Below, piece by piece: positions 46,847-55,674 of a stretch of 64,000 nt of DNA (position 1 is the stretch's first letter; each line of letters starts with the position of its first letter). The translations under genes were made by a program, and so were the position numbers. The notes beneath the pieces were generated by a model. It worked only from the letters and a program-made list of their open reading frames with translations. It did not search any database and was not told the origin of the DNA. Source of the stretch: a bacterium (GTDB lineage Bacteria; J088; JAWLBW01); contig JAWLHK010000019.1 in the NCBI GenBank assembly GCA_041690355.1, positions 1 to 64,000 of the forward strand, written 5' to 3'.

Positions 46847-47740
46847 TCATGCGCCCCTCGGCCGCAAGGAACGCAGCCACATCCACGTACTCAGCCGAAG
46901 GGCAGCCCCCCAACGCGCCGGATCGTGGCGGAGCGCCTTGAAGACGAGCCTTCCTACGCCCGCGGGCCTGCTGCCCCCCGGATCGGCGGCGCGCGCGCAG
47001 GCCTCTGCCAGGTGCAGACCGGCCATGCCGCGGCGGATCTTGCGCGGGGGGAGACCGCGCCGGGACGCGGCCGCCTCGAGCACCTCGCGCGAAGCGGCGA
47101 GCATGGTCGCCGTGCGGTGCAGCCCCCCCGGCCCGTCGCTGTAGCAGGCCAGGGCAAGCGGCTGCGCCGCCATTCTGAAGCGCTCTGCCATGCGCAACCA
47201 CAGATCCCAGTCTTCGGCCAGACGCCTGGTCTCGTCAAAACCGCCGGCCGCGAGCAGCGCCTCGCGGCGGGCGAGCGGCGTCGGACTGAAGACGACGTTT
47301 TCGACCAGCAGCTCCCGCCAGCCGAAGTATCCGTTCACCGCCGGCAGCAGGCGGCGGCGTTCGCCGCGCTCGTCTTCCGTATCGACCCCGCCGCAGGCGA
47401 CGGCAGCGTCAGGATGGCTGCGCAGAAAGGCGATCTGCCGTTCGAGTTTGCGGGGATACCAGTAGTCGTCGGCATCGAGCAGCGCAACCCAGTCGCCGCG
47501 GGCAATCCGGATGGCGTGATTGCGGGCCGCGCTCGGGCCCGCGTTCTGCTGGCGGACATAACGCCAGTGGCTCGCGCCGGCCCGGCGGCGCGCCGCCTCG
47601 AAGACTTCGAAGGTGGCGTCGGTCGAACCGTCGTCGACGACCACGACCTCGACCGGGAGCGTCTGGGCCACAACCGATTCCAGGGCACGCGTGAGGGTCG
47701 GTGCGGCGTTCCAGGCGGGAATGATGACGGAGATGCGCAT
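46847..47740 (-). CDS. Family 2 glycosyltransferase
   Basis: MRISVIIPAWN, VVVDDGSTD, NAGPSAARN, LLDADDYW, GGFDE..AEDWDLWLR; GAGGAG RBS at 47740. Confidence 0.93.
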   Translation of the reverse strand: MRISVIIPAWNAAPTLTRALESVVAQTLPVEVVVVDDGSTDATFEVFEAARRRAGASHWRYVRQQNAGPSAARNHAIRIARGDWVALLDADDYWYPRKLERQIAFLRSHPDAAVACGGVDTEDERGERRRLLPAVNGYFGWRELLVENVVFSPTPLARREALLAAGGFDETRRLAEDWDLWLRMAERFRMAAQPLALACYSDGPGGLHRTATMLAASREVLEAAASRRGLPPRKIRRGMAGLHLAEACARAADPGGSRPAGVGRLVFKALRHDPARWGAALRLSTWMWLRSLRPRGA

Positions 47741-47812
47741 GGTGTCTCTCCTCATTCCAGCACGAAAACGGGCCCGCAGAGCCGGCGCCGCCCCCCGGGG
47801 CGCCCACGGGGA

Positions 47813-47840
47813 TTGACTTGCGGTTGCCACCGGGTATAAA
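47813..47840 (+). promoter_or_regulatory. Sigma70 promoter of the secreted lyase-like gene
   Basis: TTGACT-16 nt-TATAAA. Confidence 0.55.
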
Positions 47841-47912
47841 CGCACCCGCAGCCCGTGCGAATGAGGTTGAACACGCCCCGAAAACGCCCGCCCGTCGGCT
47901 TGAAACAGAGGC

Positions 47913-47928
47913 TGGCACGCGGCTTGCG
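47913..47928 (+). promoter_or_regulatory. Sigma54 (-24/-12) motif
   Basis: TGGCACG-CGGC-TTGCG; predicted +1 near 47939, about 3 nt before the ATG. Confidence 0.4.
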
Positions 47929-47941
47929 AACATGGGCGGCC

Positions 47942-50900
47942 ATGCTGAAAAAAACCATCATCCTGCTCGGCGTCGCGACGACGCTCGTGACGACCGTCTC
48001 GGCCGAGGCCCGTTCCTTCTATACCGACAATGCCGTATCGGGCGCCCGCGCCAACGCCTCCGCGTTCGACTGGGCCCGCAAGGAAAAAGAAGAAATTCTG
48101 GGCTACGCCGACGTCTGGCTCAAGATGAGCGACGAAGACGTGTGGAACTTTCTGAGCGAACAGAGCGTGCCGCGCGCCATATTTGCGAGCCAGCCCCCGA
48201 AGTGCCCGATTCACGGATCACTCGAGGCGCATGGCGACTATGCGTGGAAAGTGCTGCCCGAGTACCGCTGGAAGGTTCAGTGCCCCATCGGCGGCGAGCG
48301 CTGGCCCACCAACGATTTCGAGGCCTACTACCGCAGCGGCAAGGACGGCGCCAACGTTTTCCGCGCCGGCAATGCCAACCGCAGCCTGCTCTACTCGACC
48401 GACTCGAGCCGCAACTACGGCGTCGACGACGGCAGCGGCTACGTTCACTCTGACGGTACGCGCAGCTACTTCGTCGCCTATTATGCCTACTGGGGCATCT
48501 GGCACCAGGTCGCCCGTTCGGACAGTAACGCCGTGACCGTGCTCAGCAAGGCCTACCTGCTGACCGGCAAGCCCGAATATGCGCACAAGGCCCTGCTGCT
48601 CATCGCGCGCGCGGCCGACCTCTATCGCGCCATGAACGTGCGCGAATGGACGAGCCAGGGCATTCCGTCGAACGACGGCTATACCGGCATGGGCAAGATC
48701 CTGGGCAAGATCTGGGATGACGAAATCGCCAACAACCTCCTGATGGCCTGGGATGCCGTCTCGCCTGCACTCGGGACCGATGCCGCACTGCAGCGGTTCC
48801 TGGCCGACAAGAGCAGCCGCCACGGGCTGACGCCGCAGGCCAATGCCGACCAGATCAGCGCCCATATCGAAGACAACCTGCTGGCCGCGGTCATGGACGC
48901 GGTCGAAGAGGGGCACATCCATTCCAACGAAGGCCGCGCGCAGCGCACCTACGCCATGGCCGCCGCCCTTCTGGGTAAAGAAGCCCTGGAGGCCGCCATG
49001 GACTGGCTGAACGCGCCCGGCGAAGACGGGGGGCACCTGCCCGAGCTGTTCTGGAGCCTGGTCGACCGCGACGGCGCCGGAACCGAAGGTTCCCCTTATT
49101 ACAACGCCGTCTGGCTCGAAGCACTGATGCCCCTGGCCAGCGTGCTGGGTATGGCCGGTGACGGCAACCTGTTCGCCACCTACCCCCACCTGGAGAAGCT
49201 TCTCCTGTACCCGGGGCGCCTCATGAACCTGGGCCGCTACTATCCGCACGTCGGCGACGCCGGCATGACCGGCGGCGCCGAGATGCCGATGCCCGATCTG
49301 GTCTCGCGCTACGTCAGGGCGTTTCACGAGTTCGGCAGCGTCCGTGCCGCCCTGCTCGCCTACCACCTGAACGGCAACACCGAAAAGGGGCTGCACGGCG
49401 GCCTGTTCGGCGGCGACGCCAAGGAAATCGAATCCAAGGTCCGTTCGCTCGTGAACGCCAACGGCCCGATCTGGACGCGATCGGATAACATGCCGGGTTA
49501 CGGCCTGGCCATGCACCGGGCCGGCACGGGCGACGCCAGCCGCTCGATGTGGCTTTATCACGGCCGCACGGGCCACGGCGGCAACCACCCGCACGCCGAC
49601 CGGCTGAACCTGGGTCTGTTCGCCTACGGGCTCGACCTGCTTCCGGATCTCGGGTACCCCGAGTACGCCATCGCCTGGCCGACCACGCAGGGGTGGATCC
49701 GCAATACGGTCGCCCACAATACGGTTGTCGTCGACGGCCGCCGCCAGAACGAGTCGTATACCGGCGATCAGCGTATCTTTCTCGACACCCCGCGTGTGCA
49801 GTTCTCTGAAGTCGACGGCGGCGACATCTACCCGCAGACTTCGCAGTACCGCCGCAGCGTGGCCATGATCCAGATCGACAATGCGCGCTCCTACGTCGTC
49901 GACCTGTTCCGCGTGCGCGGCGGCGGCGAGCACGTCTACTCGTTTCACGCCGCCGAAGGCGACGTGGCGACCGAAGGGCTCGAGCTGCAGGGCCGCTCGG
50001 GAACCTATGCCGGGCCGAGCATCGGCTTCGGCGAGTTCTATGACGAAGCCTTCAGCGGAAGTTACGCGGGAAGCGGTTACCAGTTCCTCGACCACGTCGA
50101 GACGGCGGCCAATCGCCCCGAGACCTTCAGCGCCGACTGGAAGGTGCGTGACACGCACAATCAGGCCCCCGAAGCCGCCAAGGACAAGGTCGGCCTGCGC
50201 ATGACCATGCTCGGCAACCAGGGCGAGGTTTCGTTCGCCAACGGCTATCCGGCGCAGAACATCGAGGGCAACCCCGACTCGCTCCGCTACATGCTCGTGC
50301 GCAACCAGGGTTCGGACCTGGCCAGCCGCTTCGTCGGCGTCATCGAGCCGTATCTCGAGAACCCGATGGTCGAGGCGAGCGAACTGATGCCGCTGGCCGA
50401 CGAGGGGGGCGATGCCGTGGCGCTTCGCATCCGGCTGAAGAACGGGCGCACCGACTATGTCTTCTCGTCGACCGACGACGCCGAGCACAAGACGGCCGAC
50501 GGCGCCTTCACGTTCAGCGGTCCTTTCGCCGTACACGCCGAAATGTCCGAGGGCACGGCCTTCACGGTGCTGGCCGACGGCGGCGTGCTCAAGAAGGGCA
50601 AGCAGGTGCTCGCCCAGGGTGAATCCCCCACCGGAACGGTCGTCGATGTGGCCTACACGAAGGGCGACGAAAGCCGCGTGACCGTGACCGGCCGGATACC
50701 CGACGACGGCAGCTTCGTGAACCGCTGGATTGACTTCCGCAGCGCCACGGGGCACGACGCGAACTTCTTTGTCACCGACGTGAAGCCCGAGGGCGAAAAC
50801 ACGGTGCTCACGCTGTCGGGCGCCGACCCCGTCGTCGGCCTGCAGGATGCAGCGCGGCCCGAAAGCGGGTACAAGCTCGCCATCGAACGGGGGGCCGAGT

Positions 50901-51115
50901 ACCGTTTCCCGGCCGTCGTCTACGAGCGCGGACCGGCTTACGACGAACTCGATACCGAGATGCAGCCGGTGCACAACGAAATCACGGGCGATCTGCAGAC
51001 CGCTGCAGCGTCCGAAACCAGCGACGCGGGCGGCTGCGCGTCCGGCGGCATGCAGTTGCCGTACCTTCTCCTTCTCGCGGCTCTGCCGCTGCTGCGAAGG
51101 ATGCGCAGTCGCTGA
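47942..51115 (+). CDS. Secreted heparinase II/III-family (polysaccharide lyase-like) protein with a C-terminal sorting signal
   Basis: Signal MLKKTIILLGVATTLVTTVSAEA; DGAGTEGSPYY, HPHADRLNL, LLPDLGYP, WIRNTVAHNTVVVDG; tail GGC-hydrophobic-RRMRSR. Confidence 0.88.
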   Translation: MLKKTIILLGVATTLVTTVSAEARSFYTDNAVSGARANASAFDWARKEKEEILGYADVWLKMSDEDVWNFLSEQSVPRAIFASQPPKCPIHGSLEAHGDYAWKVLPEYRWKVQCPIGGERWPTNDFEAYYRSGKDGANVFRAGNANRSLLYSTDSSRNYGVDDGSGYVHSDGTRSYFVAYYAYWGIWHQVARSDSNAVTVLSKAYLLTGKPEYAHKALLLIARAADLYRAMNVREWTSQGIPSNDGYTGMGKILGKIWDDEIANNLLMAWDAVSPALGTDAALQRFLADKSSRHGLTPQANADQISAHIEDNLLAAVMDAVEEGHIHSNEGRAQRTYAMAAALLGKEALEAAMDWLNAPGEDGGHLPELFWSLVDRDGAGTEGSPYYNAVWLEALMPLASVLGMAGDGNLFATYPHLEKLLLYPGRLMNLGRYYPHVGDAGMTGGAEMPMPDLVSRYVRAFHEFGSVRAALLAYHLNGNTEKGLHGGLFGGDAKEIESKVRSLVNANGPIWTRSDNMPGYGLAMHRAGTGDASRSMWLYHGRTGHGGNHPHADRLNLGLFAYGLDLLPDLGYPEYAIAWPTTQGWIRNTVAHNTVVVDGRRQNESYTGDQRIFLDTPRVQFSEVDGGDIYPQTSQYRRSVAMIQIDNARSYVVDLFRVRGGGEHVYSFHAAEGDVATEGLELQGRSGTYAGPSIGFGEFYDEAFSGSYAGSGYQFLDHVETAANRPETFSADWKVRDTHNQAPEAAKDKVGLRMTMLGNQGEVSFANGYPAQNIEGNPDSLRYMLVRNQGSDLASRFVGVIEPYLENPMVEASELMPLADEGGDAVALRIRLKNGRTDYVFSSTDDAEHKTADGAFTFSGPFAVHAEMSEGTAFTVLADGGVLKKGKQVLAQGESPTGTVVDVAYTKGDESRVTVTGRIPDDGSFVNRWIDFRSATGHDANFFVTDVKPEGENTVLTLSGADPVVGLQDAARPESGYKLAIERGAEYRFPAVVYERGPAYDELDTEMQPVHNEITGDLQTAAASETSDAGGCASGGMQLPYLLLLAALPLLRRMRSR

Positions 51116-51118
51116 TCC

Positions 51119-51147
51119 AAAGGGCGCCCTCGGGCGCCCTTTCTTTT
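51119..51147. terminator. Intrinsic, probably bidirectional terminator
   Basis: AAAGGGCGCCC-TC-GGGCGCCCTTT-CTTTT between convergent genes. Confidence 0.8.
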
Positions 51148-51160
51148 GGTCCGGCCGCGC

Positions 51161-54100
51161 CTACTTTGCGGGCGCGGCTGCCGCGGCCGGCTGGGGCGCG
51201 GGCTTGAGATTGCCGCGCAGGCGTTCGGTGAGAACGCGGATGATCCCACGGACGATTTCGAAGTGGTCTTCCATGAGGGCGAAGAAATCATCGCGCCGCA
51301 GCATGAGACAGACGACGTCTTCGACGGCGGTAATCGAGGCGCTGCGCGGCTGATCGTCCAGAATGGCCATTTCGCCGAAACAGTCCCGCTCGCGCAGCAC
51401 GGCGATCTCCTTGTCGCCGAGATGAACTTTCACGCTCCCCCGGGTCACGACATAGAGCGCATCGCCCGGATCACCGATGGCGAACACCGGGCTCCCCTTC
51501 GCGAAGCGCCTCTCTTCGCTGATGGAGGCGATCTTTTCGAGATCTTCGCCCCCGAGGTGCTGAAAGAGCGGCGCGCTTTTGAGAAAGAGCACCTTCTGTA
51601 CGAGATCCATCAACATGGCGGCTCCGGGCAAATCGATGAAGGCGGCGGGTGCTCCCCGCTGCGCGGCGGTCCAGACGGCGCAGGCAAGCAGCCACGTGCC
51701 ATCGGCGACCGATTCGATGGTGTCGTCGAGCGTCGACGGCACCGGGCGGTGGGCGGCTGCAATTTCCCGAAGCCGCTGCGGGTTCGAGACTTCGAGCACC
51801 TCGCGCACGCGGGTGACGACCGTGCCGCTCATGTTATCGAGCAGCTCGTAGACAATCTGACGTTTCTGTTTGTCGCGCAAGACCTCGGCGCGGCACAGGG
51901 CCAGCAACTCAGGGGTCGGATCGAGCATGGCCGTCAGACGCAGGGCCTGCAACTCCAGCTGGCGCAGGCGATCTTCAACCGCATCGGCAAGCGTGTCGAG
52001 CCCCTCGGCGCGAAGGCGCAGCAGCGCCATGTGGAACCAGGCCGCCTCGGCGGCCGAGGCCAGCGCGACAGGCTCGGCGTCGGGCGTCGCCCGCAGGGCC
52101 TCGACGTCACTCCCCGCCGTGCGCCAGAGCATGGCCAGCGCCGCGGCCCGGAACCGATCCGGCAGCAGATGGATGCTGCGCAGGAGCGTGGCCCGCGCCG
52201 CGGGGGCCGGGCTCGTCATGAGCCCCTCGAGGGCCGCACCCCGCACGTCACGGTCGCGCTGGGGGTCGAAGACGACCTGCGTCAGAAACTCGACGGCCTC
52301 GGCCCCGAAACCCGCCAGGGCCCGCGCGGCCGTCGTCGCAAGTTCCGGGCGGCCGAGCGCTTTCTCGACCGCCGATCGAGACTCCGGATCGGCGCGCCGG
52401 CCCAGCGCCACGAGCACATCGCGGGCGACGTCGGCATCCGGATCCTCGGTGAACCCCTCGAGGATCTGCGCGGGATACGGCACCGGATTGGCGCCGACGA
52501 CACCGATGGCCGCCCGACGCTGGCCGGCATCCGAAGCCCGCAGCATGCGCTCGATCTCCGCGAGGGCGATGGAGAGTCCGCGTTCGCCGCCGTAACGCAC
52601 CAGCGCTTCGATGGCCGCGGTGCGCACCGCGATGTCCGCGGCGGCAGCCTCTTTACGCAGGATCCCGAGCGCCCTGTCGCGCTGCACCGCGCCGAGCGCG
52701 CGAACGGCCGCAGCCCGCGCTTCAGCATGTTCTTCCGTCTGGAGCAGCTCGCGGATGGCCGGCGAGAATGAAGCATCTCCGCGGGCCTCCATGGTACGCA
52801 GGACCCGGGCACGCACCCGCGGCTCCTTGCGAAGCGCCCCGATGAGCAGTGCGTCCAGCCCCGCCAGATCGACCCGTTCGGCGAGAACCAGTGCGTAGTC
52901 CATCTTGTCGGGATCTGCCTCGGCAATCGTGCGCATCAGGGTTTCGCGCACGAGCGGATCGTTCGCGTCGAGAACCGGACGGCTCCACGTCAGCCGCCGG
53001 CCTTCAGAAGCGCCCGTCGCCACGGCGCCGAGGTACCCCCGCTTCAGCTTGACGAGCATGGCCAGCCAGAACGAGCAGAGCAAGAGAATGGCGAGCGGCA
53101 GAATGACCGGATGCGACTCGATGAAGCCGGCAAGAAGGAGCATCAGCACGCCGGCGGCCGCCATCGACCCGGGCTTGACAAGCCCGCTGGCGAACGAGAG
53201 GGCTCGGATGCGGATTTCTGCCGGGAGCGGAAGGTACAGCAGCTGCGTGACCGGGTCGTTGATCGAATAGCGCAGCGTGTTCTCGAAGAACTTGGTGATC
53301 GTGGCCGCAATCAGCCCTGGTACGAGCACGAAGCCGACCGAGCCCGCCATGAAGAATCCGGGCATGATGCCCAGGGTTTCGAGCACACCGAGCCAGCGGG
53401 TGATGCGCCCTGTGAAAAACGTCTGGAGAAAGAATCCGACCGTGCCCACGGCGCCGTAAAAAATTCCGAAGAATCGGGCCAGCGCATCCTTATCGGCGAA
53501 GGTTTCGCGGGCGGCGAGCTTGAACTGAAAGTCGACCATGCTCGTCGTGATGAACGTGACCGCGACAAGCGCGCCGATGGCCAGCGTGTAGTCGGCCCGT
53601 CGGCGGTAGAGCGGGTCGGTGCGATCGGGCCTCGGGGGGACCGCCTTGGGGCTGCGCCGGCCCGAGCGGAACCGTTCGAGCAGCAGCGCCATGGGAAAGA
53701 GCAGCAGCAGCGCGCCGATCAGGAGCCAGAGCAGATTCTCGACGCCCCAGGCGCTGCTCAACGTCGCCGCCACGGCGCCGCAGAGCAGATTCGAAAACAC
53801 CTGCCCCGAGCTGACCAGCGCGTAGAGCCGTTTCGCCTGGCGCGGGTCGAAAACCTCGCCGGCGATGTTCCAGAACTCGAGCAGCGCCAGTGCGCCGAAG
53901 ACCTCGACCCAGACGTACAGACCCGAGAGCATCCACACCGACGACGTATCGAGGGTCAGGCGGAACAGAAAAAAGGAGCCGGCGAAGCCGGCGAGCAGCA
54001 CATAGCCCGTCATGCGGGGCGGGAGGCGCACGGCGATGCGCCCGTAGACCTGCGACAGGGCGCCGACCGCAACGGCGGTTCCGATGTACATCCAGGGCAG

Positions 54101-54262
54101 GACGTCGAGCCCGAACCGCGAGAGAAACAGGGCGTCGCGCACGGTCCGGCCGAGCAGAAAGGCGAAAATGAGGACCATGAAATAGGCCGTCATCGCCGCC
54201 ACGGGGAGCCCTTCACCCTCCTGGATATCGAGAATCTGCCGAATCCGAACCGACATGCGCAT
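51161..54262 (-). CDS. Npt/TLC (NTT) family transporter fused to HEAT repeats and a cNMP-binding domain
   Basis: RTVRDALFLSRFG, EVFDPRQAKRLY, VDFQFK, LRYSINDPVTQLLYLPLP; Ala/Leu/Arg HEAT-like helices; FGEMAILDDQPRSASI. Confidence 0.88.
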   Translation of the reverse strand: MRMSVRIRQILDIQEGEGLPVAAMTAYFMVLIFAFLLGRTVRDALFLSRFGLDVLPWMYIGTAVAVGALSQVYGRIAVRLPPRMTGYVLLAGFAGSFFLFRLTLDTSSVWMLSGLYVWVEVFGALALLEFWNIAGEVFDPRQAKRLYALVSSGQVFSNLLCGAVAATLSSAWGVENLLWLLIGALLLLFPMALLLERFRSGRRSPKAVPPRPDRTDPLYRRRADYTLAIGALVAVTFITTSMVDFQFKLAARETFADKDALARFFGIFYGAVGTVGFFLQTFFTGRITRWLGVLETLGIMPGFFMAGSVGFVLVPGLIAATITKFFENTLRYSINDPVTQLLYLPLPAEIRIRALSFASGLVKPGSMAAAGVLMLLLAGFIESHPVILPLAILLLCSFWLAMLVKLKRGYLGAVATGASEGRRLTWSRPVLDANDPLVRETLMRTIAEADPDKMDYALVLAERVDLAGLDALLIGALRKEPRVRARVLRTMEARGDASFSPAIRELLQTEEHAEARAAAVRALGAVQRDRALGILRKEAAAADIAVRTAAIEALVRYGGERGLSIALAEIERMLRASDAGQRRAAIGVVGANPVPYPAQILEGFTEDPDADVARDVLVALGRRADPESRSAVEKALGRPELATTAARALAGFGAEAVEFLTQVVFDPQRDRDVRGAALEGLMTSPAPAARATLLRSIHLLPDRFRAAALAMLWRTAGSDVEALRATPDAEPVALASAAEAAWFHMALLRLRAEGLDTLADAVEDRLRQLELQALRLTAMLDPTPELLALCRAEVLRDKQKRQIVYELLDNMSGTVVTRVREVLEVSNPQRLREIAAAHRPVPSTLDDTIESVADGTWLLACAVWTAAQRGAPAAFIDLPGAAMLMDLVQKVLFLKSAPLFQHLGGEDLEKIASISEERRFAKGSPVFAIGDPGDALYVVTRGSVKVHLGDKEIAVLRERDCFGEMAILDDQPRSASITAVEDVVCLMLRRDDFFALMEDHFEIVRGIIRVLTERLRGNLKPAPQPAAAAAPAK

Positions 54263-54270
54263 GATGGGGA

Positions 54271-54279
54271 ATTCTAACA
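54271..54279 (-). promoter_or_regulatory. Extended -10 promoter, leaderless
   Basis: TGTTAGAAT, 8 nt before ATG 54262; no Shine-Dalgarno. Confidence 0.55.
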
Positions 54280-54324
54280 GGGCCGCCCCGCCGAGAGCCA
54301 GCGGAGCGACCGCCCCCGGCGCCA

Positions 54325-54345
54325 CGCCGCCCGAACGGGGCGGCG
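54325..54345 (-). terminator. GC-rich hairpin directly after the NtrC-like stop codon
   Basis: CGCCGCCC-N5-GGGCGGCG; no U tract. Confidence 0.35.
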
Positions 54346-55674
54346 CTACTCGTCGGGCAGCAGGCCGCGCTCGCGCATGGCCTTGAGGCGCCGATAAAGC
54401 GTCTTGGGATCGATGCCGAGCAGCTCGGCGGCCTTCGCCTTGTTCCCCTCGACCATGCGCAACACGCGCAGGATATGCGCTTCGATAACCGTCTCCAGCT
54501 CGAGCGCATCCGAAGACGGATCGGCCCCGGTCGGGGCGGGAGCCTCCCAGCCGGCCCGCCCCGAAAGCGCAAGGGACAGATGCGCCTCGGCGACTTCGTG
54601 GTGACGGCCCGCAAAGGCGATCGCGCGCTGGAGCGCCAGCATCAGCTCCCTGACGTTTCCGGGCCAGCCCCAGCCCAGCAGGCGCGCTTCGGCCGCCGGC
54701 GTCAGGCGCTTACCCGCCTGCGTGACCTTCTCGCGCGCGAAGTGAAGAACGTCTTCGGGCCGCTCGCGCAGCGGAGGGATCACGATGCGGAATCCGTTCA
54801 GGCGGAAGTAGAGGTCGGAGCGAAAGGTGCGCGCGACGATCCGCTCCCCCAGGTCGGCGTTCGTGGCACTCAGGACCCGTACGTCGGCGTGCAGCGGCCG
54901 GGCGCTTCCGACCCGGTAGTACTCTCCCGAATCGAGAAAGCGCAGGAGCTTCGCCTGCGCGGCCGCCGACAGGTCGCCGACTTCATCGAGAAAAATCGTT
55001 CCGCGGTCGGCCGCCTCGAGATAGCCCGCCTTCGACTTTTCGGCACCCGTGAAGGCCCCGCGCTCGAAACCGAAGAACTCACTTTCGAACAGTGCCTCGG
55101 GGATGGCCGCGCAGTTGATGGCGACAAACGGCCTCTGGCTGCGCGGCGACGCTGCATGCAGAAAGCGCGCGAACCAGTCTTTTCCCACGCCGCTTTCACC
55201 CTGAATGAGCAGCGGGAGATCGGTATCGGCCAACGGGGCGACCTGCGCGGCAAGCCTGCGCAGATTCGGCGGGAGCAGGTCGAAGGTCTCGACCGGAACG
55301 GTCAGTTCGGTCTCGATTCCCCTCCGCCCGGCCGCAGCGCGGATGAGCGACTCGAGGCGCTCGAGCCCCGCCGGCTTCGTGATGAAATCGGTGACCCCCA
55401 GGCGCATGGCTTCGACGGCATCGGCTATCGTCCCGTGCCCGGTGAGCACGAAGACCTCGGGCGGATTCGCCTGCGACTTCAGGTCCCCCAGCAGCTCCAG
55501 GCCACTCCCGTCGGGCAGACGCAGGTCGAGGATGACGACGTCGAATGTGTCCTCGCCCAGAGCCTGCCGCGCTTCGGCAACGGATTCGACGGCGCGTTTG
55601 CCCCATGCGCCGGGGAGCTCATTGATGAGAATCTCGGAAAAATTCCGTTCATCATCAACGATAAGCACGTGCAT
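54346..55674 (-). CDS. Sigma54-dependent NtrC-family response regulator (REC-AAA+-HTH)
   Basis: IVDDE..ILDLRLP; GESGVGKD, INCAAIP, GAFTGA, FLDEVG, WPGNVREL, GNKAKAAELLGI. Confidence 0.96.
   Translation of the reverse strand: MHVLIVDDERNFSEILINELPGAWGKRAVESVAEARQALGEDTFDVVILDLRLPDGSGLELLGDLKSQANPPEVFVLTGHGTIADAVEAMRLGVTDFITKPAGLERLESLIRAAAGRRGIETELTVPVETFDLLPPNLRRLAAQVAPLADTDLPLLIQGESGVGKDWFARFLHAASPRSQRPFVAINCAAIPEALFESEFFGFERGAFTGAEKSKAGYLEAADRGTIFLDEVGDLSAAAQAKLLRFLDSGEYYRVGSARPLHADVRVLSATNADLGERIVARTFRSDLYFRLNGFRIVIPPLRERPEDVLHFAREKVTQAGKRLTPAAEARLLGWGWPGNVRELMLALQRAIAFAGRHHEVAEAHLSLALSGRAGWEAPAPTGADPSSDALELETVIEAHILRVLRMVEGNKAKAAELLGIDPKTLYRRLKAMRERGLLPDE

Noticed and set aside
35470-54325. 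Extended N-termini in the ORF track (e.g. 39318, 44391, 48214, 47855, 54325)
   Set aside because: Downstream starts give proper signal peptides, RBS or promoter spacing, or stop-start overlaps, while the extensions overlap neighbouring genes
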